Shown: piece by piece, positions 11,521 through 21,963 of the stretch | How the letters are laid out: the number at the start of each line of letters is the position of its first letter | Position numbering within the stretch: the first letter of the stretch is position 1 | Assembly (NCBI RefSeq): GCF_964204645.1 | Contig: NC_134031.1 | Location: 1 to 64,000, forward strand | From: Tubulanus polymorphus | Taxonomy: Eukaryota; Animalia; Nemertea | DNA length: 64,000 nt | Reading direction: 5' to 3' | Program-made: the position numbers and the translations under genes | The notes under the pieces: model-generated | What the model saw: the letters and a program-made list of their open reading frames with translations, nothing else | Told to the model about the DNA's origin: nothing | Databases searched by the model: none

Positions 11521-13004
11521 CATACCATTTACTCTCCTTATATAAAGCTCTAATGTTGGTACAGTTATTAATTTCTAACAAACTAGTGTTGAGTGATGAA
11601 TGAAATTTGACTTAAGAAAAATCTGTATTCCTCACATGCCACAGTAATATAGCAAGACTGCATCAAATTACAACCGTTCAGTGCTGCCCCAGTGAATAAC
11701 GATAGCGGAATTTCTGTGAACTAAAGTAGTAATTACGGAAACCTCGAAACGAATGATTAGATTGGTAAAGAGCGTGGTTTTCATTAGAATAAATTCTTTG
11801 AATATTGCGTAGAATATAAAACCTAATCTAATCGAAAAGATGCCGAGACCTGCAATAGACTGGTTGCCATTTCTACCTGCGAATACAGGTGGCGGTGACC
11901 AGTCTAGCGGCGGGAATCCCAATCTGAGGTACACTATGACGCAATATCAAAATGGCGTGCTTTACCCTAACACGAAATTTAGCAAAAACCTCACCTAATA
12001 CAAACATTGCCACCCTCCTTCCCGACCCCTGAAATCAGTATTTCAATATTTGGTAAGTGTTTGTAACATTGGTTTAAATGGCGAAAAATATTCCATCTCA
12101 GATATTGTGGTAAATCATATTATTTCAGAGGTACATCCTACAAACGGTGCACTTGGACTGGTGGCGCTCAGTCGAGCATATCGACGTCATTCCATCCTGA
12201 TATATCTAGACCACGATGGGCTTCACCTTGCTGTTTTGTGATGAATTTGTTCTAAAATGATTCCATCGACTGATTTAATCAAACAGTGAAAACAGTGTAA
12301 GTTTATTTCATCTGTCGCTAAATCGATATCAATCACAGTCCGTCAGTGTTTGCTTCTTGGTAATTGCCTTTTTAGTGCCCTGGGGCCAGTTCCATGGGTG
12401 ATGGCTTAGGAGGTGAATCTAAGCTTTTCTCATATCGGTATTTGTACATAACTCAATCGTGAACGTCTTTCTGTATTCCAAGACTGATTCTATTGGCTGA
12501 TACAGTCAAACTAAATCGTTTAATCCGCATCGGCTTAATCCGAATTTTGGTCTAATCCGGATAATACTTACAGTCAATTTAATCATTAATATACACGAAA
12601 ATGACTTTTAATCCGGATTTGCCGTAAAACGGATGAATTTTGTTGGTCCCAATGATCGGAATTAGGGAGATTCTATCATACCATTTACTCTCCTTATATA
12701 AAGCTCTAATGTTGGTAGAGTTATTAATTTCTAATAAACTAGTGTTGAGTGATGAATGAAATTTGACTTAAGAAAATTTTGTATTCCTCACATGCCTCAG
12801 TAAAATAGCAAGACTGCATCAGATAACAACCCTTCAGTGCTGCCCCTATGAATAACGATAGCGGAATTTCTGTGAACTAAAGTAGTAATCCACGGGCCTT
12901 TGATCCAAGAGCGTGGTTTTCATTAGAATAAGTTCTTTGAATATTGCGTAGAATATAAAAATCCAATATAATCGAAAAGAAGCCGAGACCTGCAATCGAC
13001 TGGT

Positions 13005-13100
13005 TGCCATTTCTACTTGCGAATGCAGGTGGCGGTGACCAGTCTAGCGGCGGGAATCCCAATCTGAGGTACACTATGACGCAATATCAAAATGGCGTGC
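13005..13100. promoter_or_regulatory. Putative bidirectional promoter (also ~11865-11960, 24272-24365, 35441-35534, 46610-46703)
   Basis: Divergent AAATGGC starts at 13010 (-) and 13092 (+), TGACGCAA (CRE/CEBP-like), CAAAATGGCG (YY1-like), GGGAATCCC; donors TTG|GTAAGT (+, after 13187) and CAT|GTGAGG (-, ~12790). Confidence 0.55.
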
Positions 13101-13475
13101 TTTACCATAACACGAAATTTAGCAAAATCCTCACCTAAATATTGCCACCCTCCTTCCCGGCCCCTGAAATCAGTATTTCAATATTTGGTAAGTGTTTGTA
13201 ACATTGGTTTAAATGGCGAAAAATATTCCATCTCAGATATTGTGGTAAATCATATTATTTCAGAGGTACATCCTACAAACGGTGCACTTGGACTGGTGGC
13301 GCTCAGTCAAGCATGACGTCATTCCATCCTGATATATCTAGACCACGATGGGCTTCACCTCGCTGTGTTGTGATGAATTTGTTCTAAAATGATTCCATCG
13401 ACTAATTACATCAAACAGTGTAAGTTTATTTCATCTGTCGTTAAACCGATATTAATCACCACAGCAGTCCAAACG

Positions 13476-13838
13476 TGTCGGACACCAACATCCTCCCATG
13501 GGAGGGATTTGAACCTGATGACATCCCTCGCTACACTCAGCCACGGCACGAACCCCTGCCACACTAGACCGGGTGCGCAGGTACATGCGCAGCTTTACCG
13601 CGCGAAATCTTGCGGCACCAAACAGATTGCTCGTTAATCGCTGAGGTAAATTTCTCGGAAGAACTATAAATGGGAAAACCCGGGCTAAAATAAAACTGAA
13701 TTTCTGATTGGCTATTAATGACATCATCTAAGCTGCGCATGTAGCTGCTGCGCACTCGGTCTAGTGTGGCAGGGTTTCGTACCGTGGCAATCTGGATGCC
13801 ATCAGGTTTGAGTCCCTACCGCGGGAGGATTGATGCCT
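13476..13838. mobile_element. Palindromic element whose arms are outward-facing tRNA-like heads
   Basis: Arms 13476-13595 and 13730-13838, each with GGTCTAGTGTGG (A box) and a GGTTCRARTCC-type B box. Confidence 0.65.
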
Positions 13839-14837
13839 CTACTTGCCTCCATTCGACTGTGATATTGATGATGATGATCTTCATTGGTTTCAGAAACAGA
13901 TAATATTTAAACTGTTCGTTTTTTCATTACCTTTTTGTTTATATTTCATGTTCAACTCTAGATGCAAAACCTAAACTGTGGATAGAAAAACCCCGTGAAT
14001 AAATGAACTGCAGATTGGAGCGAACAATCTAATTTGTAAGTTTGAATTTTAGATTTGATATTTCTGCAGTTATTTCTAAGGAAAGAAAACAATCTTAGAT
14101 TTGTCTATTATAGGTATCACTTCAACATGTTCAACGGGAATTTTGATTCAGCACAGGAAAACAAGAATCACTCTTAGATTCAGCACAGGACAACAAGGAA
14201 TCAGTGTTTCACAATCACACTTTTTTGGTTTAGCGCCGGACATCGGGAATCATTCTTGGATTCAGCATGACATCAGGAATCACTATAGCCTATGTGGAAA
14301 TTCAAGATAAGTAACATTAATCTTTATTTATCGGTTGTTGAATTGATTTTAAGGGACCAATTTTATATTGTTTGTTATAAACCATGTTTTGAAATGAAAT
14401 CTCAGAAACCTGTTGCATTTATTCAATCATTTCAAATTTCTTTTGGAGAATATTTGGCTATAATCAGTTCATGGTTGGGATTGTTATTTCTGTAAGCAGG
14501 TTTACAGGTTTTCTAAATTGTGGTCAACTCAAATGTTATTTTTAATCAATATGAAACTGTTCCTGATGTCAATAATACAACTGTTATCAATCATGTTCCT
14601 TCGTAATAATCAGATCATGTGTATCTTGAGAGTTAGAATTTCTATAGATTAAACTGCTGTACTTATTTCATACTGATTGTACAGTTACAGATACATGTAA
14701 CATTGTGTACAGATACAGAGTACAGATCACTGCATTACTTCATCCTGTGATTGAACAGTGATTTAATGTTCTCTCATCTTCATTAGATTCCCATCCATCT
14801 AACTAAAACATCAGAACATTTCAACTCATCTAACCAC

Positions 14838-14970
14838 GGGGTTTGGGGAGGGATGGTAGGGTTGGGGGAGGTATGGGGTGAGGGAGGGCGGGAGGGAAGG
14901 GTTGAGGAGGGCGGGAGGGATGTAGGGGTGGTGGTAGGACTTTGGAGAGAGGGATATAGGGTGGGGTTTT
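14838..14970 (+). repeat. G-rich tract, predicted G-quadruplex
   Basis: More than ten GGG runs with short loops. Confidence 0.85.
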
Positions 14971-16176
14971 AGGTACAGGTACAGGTGGTTTAGTCGTAGT
15001 TTAAGTTTCGAAATTCAGGATATTTCAGAAAATGTGTCCCATCTTTTTATTATTCTAAGAAATGATTAATCATTATGAAACACGTGACTGCAACATGTCA
15101 TGTTTCAGTTGTTATGCATGACAAGCTGTATAAGCATCGGCCAATTGGACTCGTTCTATTTTACTGGTTGTTATTTCTATGAGACCCGGGTTTGATCCCC
15201 GGTGAGTGCGCACGTAATTTCACCGTCACTTCTCTCAATCGTAATGAGATAATTGCCCCAGATTTTTGAATTTGGACGTTTCAATTTTGAGGGCCATTAT
15301 TTAATGTTGTCAGGAATGAGAGATATTTTTTGAATGATCACAAACTGCTCCTTGGCTCCGATCAAAACACGGTTTCATTAATAATTGAATGAAACAACAA
15401 TCATACGTAATAATTACTGTTGATATCTGGCGGTTTACTGATACATTTCCAGCTGAAAGATGTATTTTCTTCTGTGCTATTTTAGAAACGGCTGTAAATA
15501 CTTAGAACTGTATAGGACGACTTAGAAAATTATTGACGAGAGTCGAGATGCAGTTCACATTCATCGCTGCTTCCTCTTTTTTCTGCAGATTCTTAGACAG
15601 AGACCTACTCTTCATTTTTGGAAGAAGAGTATAGAACTCATTAGAATAAGTGATATGTTTTGTAATCACTTTTATTGACACACTTCTTCATTTGCCTTCA
15701 GGGCACAGTATATCACTATTCATAGATATCCTTAATACCCCGGTAATTAGTTATCCTTTTCAAAAAGATGGGGCACATTTTCTGAAATAAACTGTACAAT
15801 TTTTAGGTGGGACAAAGATTGACACGGAGAGACTATTGTTCTATTATTATATTCATTTTAGAATAGGATAATATTCTTTTCTACCCTGTGACTTATAATT
15901 GTATTCTAGACAGAATTTAAGGGGCTGCGAACTAATTATACTTATATCAGGAAATATTTTACTGAATTTAAAAGCTGTAAAAACAAATGATATTCATGTA
16001 GTTTTCACAGTTAGGCTACGACAATCTTCCTACTACAATGAGACTCGGGGGAGGGGTATCAAGTATATTTTGGCATTTTTCACGATCATATCAGTTTATG
16101 AAAGTTATTTCATCCTCCGCTGTTATTAAGAATTTTATCAGTGCTCGATCAATTTGTCAGTTTATAGCTTTTAGAC

Positions 16177-16322
16177 TTGGTCACTAAACCTGAGCTATGA
16201 ACCAAACTTTGACTCTTTGGTCACTAAACCTGAGCCATGAACCAAACTTTGACTCTTTGGTCACCAAACCTGGGCTATGAACCAAACTTTGACGCTTAGG
16301 TCACTAAACAAAGACCATGAAT
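16177..16322 (+). repeat. 40-bp tandem repeat (3-4 copies)
   Basis: TTGGTCACTAAACCTGAGCTATGAACCAAACTTTGACTCT. Confidence 0.9.
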
Positions 16323-17583
16323 GAAAGATTTAACGTTTTTTAAAGTTATTTCTGTTGCCTTCATGACTCAATATTTGAGAATGGAACAAATGACGTAGTG
16401 AATGAAAGATTCATCTGTATCAGTGTTGCTGCTGGTGCTGCTGCAGCTGCTGCTGCTGCTGCTGCTGGTGCAACTAACACAACCTTTTGCTGTTTGTCTC
16501 TAAAAGATTAAACTTGATCCCAGTCGGAACTGATGAGAATTTTAGTGAGACGACAAATAAGGAAAAGCCATATGAAAAAATGTAAAGCGAATGCGTGAAT
16601 AAAATAAAACAGCATGAAATGCTGATATAAAGAGTGGGGTCCGAGAGCAATTCGAAGGTTTAGTGTCCTGCACGCTTAGCGAGCGGGCAGGGGTCTATTC
16701 CTACCTCGACTCAAGTGCTAAAAGTCAGAGAAAAGAGTAAAAACGAAAAATGGCAAATGAAGGAAAAATGGCTGGAGTTTGATTTGTTCCACTGGGTTTA
16801 AGTGTTAACTTGAAAAGACAATCAAACAGATTATTTATGACGTATATATTTTGCATCAGCAGTTTAAAAACATTGATTAATAACTTTTATGAATAGGATT
16901 CCATAAACTACTTGCTTATATAAAACCTCTAGTAGAGAGTATTGAAATAGTCCACAATGGTTTCATTTAGTGACGTCATGTTAAATTGGTGAAGCAACAT
17001 CAATAGCATTAATTGTTTTGATCTCAGCCATCATTCTTGTCCTTGGTTTGTGTTTGCCTTTCTCACAACATTTTGTGAGTGTGAAGGTTTGGTTCGGGCT
17101 TATTCTTTGGTCGGGTGAACCCTCCATATACCTCCCCCTCCCTTACAACATTAAGTTCATCAGGTTTGGTTTGATGTTTTGTAGATGAAACCTCTACAAC
17201 TCAAACTCGCATCATTTGATGAAATGAAATCTGTTTACAGACAACTGCTGCAACTTGTCGTGAAACTGAGATATATTGTGAATACTTATTAGAGGGAGTA
17301 AAAATAATAGGAATAATTTGATGAAATTGATAAAGAAATCATCTGTAAAAATGAAGCCATGTGATTTTCAAGACCAACCCAGGCATATGATCATTTGAGT
17401 TCATCTGAATGCCTCCAAAATGTGTAGAGACAGTATCTGTGAGTCCCATCAATGATGCAATTGATTAAGGATTTTGATTTATAAATGAAATTGATATGAT
17501 CGTGAAAAATGGCAAATCGTTTTGTAGTTATTGTACAGATGAGTGGTGTGTGAAGAGGAGACAAGAGAGTTAAGGAGGCATGA

Positions 17584-17961
17584 TGGGAGGGCATTGAGGG
17601 AGGGCTAGGTGGGAGGGCATTGAGGGAGGGCTAGGTGGGAGGGCATTGAGGGAGGGCATTGAGGGTGGGCCAGGTGGGAGGGCATTGAGGGAGGGCAGTG
17701 AGGGAGGGAGGGAGGGCGGGAGGGAAGGGGTATCGGACGGTGGGAGGGAAGGGCTCCGGGAGGGCGGGAGGGAAGGGCTCCGGGAGGGAAGGGGTGTGGG
17801 AGGGAAGGGGGAGGGGAGGGCGGGAGAGAAGGGGTTTGGAAGGGCGGAAGGGAAGGGGTCCGGGAGGGAAGGGGTATGGGAGGGAAGGGGTCGGGGAGGG
17901 CGGGAGGGAAGGGGTGTAGGAGAGTGGGAGGGATGGGGTCTGGGAGGGTCGGGTCGGGAGG
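17584..17961 (+). repeat. Long G-rich minisatellite, predicted G-quadruplex array
   Basis: GGGAGGGCATTGA and GGGAGGGAAGGGG units; source of the spurious Gly/Arg ORFs. Confidence 0.9.
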
Positions 17962-18415
17962 TTAGATGAGTTAAAATGTTCTGATGTTTTAGTTAGACGG
18001 ATGGGAATCTAATGAAGATGAGAGAACATTAAATCACTGTTCAATCACAGGATGAAGTAATGCAGTGATCTGTACTCTGTATCTGTACACAATGTTACAT
18101 GTATCTCTAACTGTACAATCAGTATGAAATAAGTACAGCAGTTTAATCTACAGAAATCCTGTACTGTTTCTGTCTGATTGATTGATAATTTGAGATGTTA
18201 CATTCTGCTCTATTCCCACTGATTATTGCTTCTTTTTCTTTTCAGAATGAAATGAATGCAATATAATTTACTATTTAAACACGCTCATTTAAGGTAAGTA
18301 CAAAACTGGTAATGAATTTCTCCACAGAATTCTTAAACAGTCCCTGTTGATATTTTTAATTATTTTTGAACTAAAAATAACAGTTTTACCTTCAGTTACA
18401 GGATGAGATACACAC

Positions 18416-19020
18416 CGCAGCAGCAGCAACAGCAGCACTGGCAGTACCCGCAGTACCAGCACCATGCAGCAACAGCGCCACCAGCAGCTGCAACAGCAGC
18501 ACTGGCAGTACCCGCAGTACCAGCACCATGCAGCAACAGCGCCACCAGCAGCTGCAACAGCAGCACTGGCAGTAACCGCAGTACCAGCACCATGCAGCAA
18601 CAGCGCCACCAGCAGCTGCAACAGCAGCACTGGCAGTACCTGCAGTACCAGCACCATGCAGCAACGGCGCCACCACCAGCTGCAACAGCAGCACTGGCAG
18701 TACCTGCAGTACCAGCACCATGCAGCAACAGTGCCACCACCAGCTGCAACAGCAGCACTGGCAGTACCCGCAGTACCAGCACTATGCAGCAACAGCGCCA
18801 CAAGCAGTTGCAACAGCAGCACTGGCAGTACCTGCAGTACCAGCACCATGCAGCAACAGCGCCACCAGCAGCTGCAACAGCAGCACTGGCAGTACCCGCA
18901 GTACCAGCACTATGCAGCAACAGCGCCACCAGCAGTTGCAACAGCAGCACTGGCAGTACCTGCAGTACCAGCACCATGCAGCAACAGCGCCACCAGCAGC
19001 AGCAGCAGCAGCAGTAGCAG
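18416..19020 (+). repeat. 64-bp CAG-rich VNTR (~9 units in A, ~5 in B 29793-30135 and C 40962-41304, ~1.5 in D 52143-52238)
   Basis: CAGCAGCACTGGCAGTACCCGCAGTACCAGCACCATGCAGCAACAGCGCCACCAGCAGCTGCAA. Confidence 0.95.
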
Positions 19021-20898
19021 GTAAAACCTGTTTGGAAATTCATTATTTTTAGAGAACTGTTCTATATAAATTATTCTATCTGTTTATGTTTCCAGCATTC
19101 AACCACTCAAAGATCACGGCTTAGTTTGATTTGGTGTGAAACTGCTCTTATTTCATAACAACTTAACTGACAATTTCTAGAATTTGTATTGAGGAGCTGA
19201 AATAACTGGAACCCTTGATAGAATCTGTGAACAGTAAACATTGGGAATTCACTTCACATTTGTTTAAGATGGACATCGCTTTAGATCCTCAAAACCAATA
19301 CGGTACCGGTAAATATCTCTACAGATTCTAGTCTCTGTTTGACTGTACATTTATAAACTCATTTCCTGATTAGAAGCTACATTAATCAGTGAAGGCGAAT
19401 TTTCAATCACTTCTATTCTGGTCAAAGTTCGAATCATCAAAATTATACAACTGTTGTATTCTAGGGTCTAAAATAATGCTGAACTTCCAGTTAACGTTGC
19501 GCTCTACAAATCAAACAAGTCAGAAGCGGTGAGTTTTATATCGATTTATTGCAGTAATTTGTGGTGATCTTCAAATCAAGTCCAGAAAATGATGTTTTGA
19601 TCGGTCAATGTTGGCAGGTATCAACGTTTTACTAGAGGACGCAGTCTAAAGCTACCATCAAACCTCTCAGAAATCTGCATATACTCGACACATTGTGATA
19701 AACTACTCATTAACCCGGTAGGTTTTCTGTCAATTGAACAGTTGCAGTTTCTATCTATTTCATTAACCATTTTCTGGCATAATTTTCTCTTTCCAGAATG
19801 CAATACGCCCAACACTTTTTGGAACTGGAGAAATTAAAAATATTCACCTTCAAAGAGTAAAGAAGCTCTAGTTGCTGAAGCTGCTGCTATCGTTTTAAGA
19901 ATTTATTTTCTCAGAAAATCATCAGTTCTCTTAACTTCATGACATTATTACTGTTGGAAGTGAAATCCTGCTAGATGGCACTGAACTAATCTGATATGAG
20001 TTTAGAAATGGTGAGTATTTCATCACTTTCATAATATTCATAATATTCATAATATTCTAACATTTAATTATTCTGTACAGAATTTTTATGCGTGATTCTC
20101 CGGGAAGCAGTGCGGCTGATGCTGCTGCAGCTGCTGCTGCTTAATTCTGCTCAACACAAGTTTGAAAATGATTGATTTTCTAATAGAATTTAGCCCCAAT
20201 TTCAGACTGCTATAAATACATTACTTAGTATTTTCATAGTATAATGATTTTTTGCAGCATGAAATTTGTCCAATAGAACAGTTTGAAAAGTGATCAAAGA
20301 TTGAATAATGGTGTTGAATTATCTAGTATTATAAGGTAATTATAGATTCTAGTTACCGAATTATGTCATGAAGACAATTCCCACTTGACTGTTAATTCAA
20401 TCGAACATTTTCTATGTAATATTTGCTGACGCAAGTTTTCTCTATTCTAGGACGAAGTGGGGATCGGGACTAATTTGCCATTTGACAGGGACAGCGACCA
20501 ACCATCTACCTGGAGCCAAATGAATATTGTTTATCTGTGCCGACCGGCACGGGCAGCCTACTGTTGTTCTGTTTATGATGGTTTGATAGACTGTGTATCA
20601 CATATCCATAAAAACAATAGAGTCATCCCCTGATTCGTCTCTCAAAGCTGTGGTGTCATTTTTGCTAATAGAATAATAGCCTGACTCGGGCATAGAATAT
20701 ATAATTTAAACCCTGCTATATGCAAATTTAAAAGGCAAAATTCATTTATCAAGAATCAGAATCAAAATAATAAAAGTATAATGAAGAAATAACTAGAACA
20801 ACCTATACGCACAAAATAACAAAACCTCTCAACCTTAAGACTGAACACTCGCTTTACTTTCCTAATTAACTTGTTTTTCCCTGTTTTAGTTATTCTTC

Positions 20899-20940
20899 AG
20901 ACTTGATGATGGTCTCTACAAAGACTCCAAAATGTTGTCT
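20899..20940 (+). ncRNA. Inactivated minimal hammerhead ribozyme, Penelope-like element relic (units A-D)
   Basis: AGAC-TTGATGA-stem II (GGTCTCT/AGAGACT in B and C)-CCAAAATG-TT-GTCT; CAAAATG equals CGAAACG with two CpG transitions. Confidence 0.55.
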
Positions 20941-21736
20941 TTTACTTCTATTAAGTTTCTATATAGTGGGTTTTAAAGTTTTAGTGAAAATTGAAATTGA
21001 AGATTAAATGTAGCTGTAAAGCAGCGATAACTGGTTGCATTAGTTTGTAATTGTTTGTACCCCACGACCCAGTTTTATTGGTCTGGTAAGTCACTCAATC
21101 AAAGAAACCATTAAGTTGAAATATCGACAGGTTTTCTTTATTATGTGACTATAATATTTCGTGTGAACTGTTGTTCTGTTTTATTTGAAATAAAGATTAG
21201 ACTGTAGTTTCACACACTCAGTGCGTCACACGTAAATCCCACGGGTTCAGTTTCATAGAAATAATTTACTCAAAAAACTTCACTCAATTCGACTTAATAT
21301 TTTTGAAGAAACTGAGCCTAGGGTAGAGTTTCACAAACCAATTGCGTTCAAACATTTTATTTTGAAGAAAAAAGTAAATGCAAGTTAAAATTGATTGATA
21401 CTTTCTCTGTGAAACTGGACACTCGCTATTCAGTGTGCGAAACTGCAGCATCTAAATCTGATTGAAACCCTCGCATCATAAACCAAATCCTACCGAGTGT
21501 ACGGTTTCACATATACGGATTAATTATCAAAGATCAACAAAAAAGAGAAACTGAGTTCATCTGTTTTTGTGAGATTTGATCCAGATTAAATTTCTTCACA
21601 AATTCAGTTAAAAAATGCATCGTTTTTTGTGGAACTGCGACCCCTGGTGTCCACTCGAGGAATTCATTTTTTCTTTCTTACCCTGGTATGCGAGGGTTTC
21701 AATTCGATGGTCCAACTACTATTCTTAAAAGGGCAG

Positions 21737-21963
21737 GGTCCAGTTCCACAGTTGTTGAGTTAAGATTTAACTCTGGGCTCAGTTTCACAAAAAGGATTAA
21801 GGCCTAAATCGATTTAAGATAAACTGAATTAATGAAGAAATTAAATCGATTTAAGAGTTAAACCTTTTTGTGAAACTGGGCCCTGGGGTAACTCATTGAA
21901 AATGAATTAACTTTAACTTTAACGAGTTAACAACTGTGGAACACACAACTGTGGAACTGGGTC
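21737..21963. mobile_element. Harbinger-like MITE with a second MITE (21776-21882) nested inside
   Basis: Outer TIR GGTCCAGTTCCACAGTTG with CAG/CTG TSD; inner TIR GGCYCAGTTTCACAAAAAGG with CTG TSD; empty site at the end of unit D (~55228). Confidence 0.85.

Larger units (their letters stand above)
11275..13465 (+). repeat. ~1.1-kb internal tandem duplication specific to unit A
   Basis: 11275-12340 is repeated at 12341-13465; single copy in B-D. Confidence 0.9.
14635..18160. repeat. ~200-bp inverted repeat arms (14635-14835 and 17960-18160) enclosing 3.1 kb; in units A-D
   Basis: Arms are near-perfect reverse complements; right arm shortened in B and C. Confidence 0.93.
13092..20200 (+). pseudogene. 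Decayed multi-exon gene or spliced lncRNA of the repeat unit (repeated in B, C, D)
   Basis: AG/GT-bounded segments 13092-13187, 18402-19020, 19096-19308, 19465-19528, 19797-20010 and acceptors at 15588, 17184, 20080; many in-frame stops, no recognisable domain. Confidence 0.5.

Noticed and set aside
15135-15212. tRNA or vault RNA
   Set aside because: Only a degenerate T-arm/B box; no A box, cloverleaf or terminator
17646-17969. Gly/Arg-rich ORFs (and equivalents in other units and at 59820-60227)
   Set aside because: By-products of low-complexity repeats; frames are not conserved between units
19096-20010. Stop readthrough or RNA editing rescuing phase-compatible exons
   Set aside because: Stop density (about 4 per 70 codons) is what random AT-rich DNA gives
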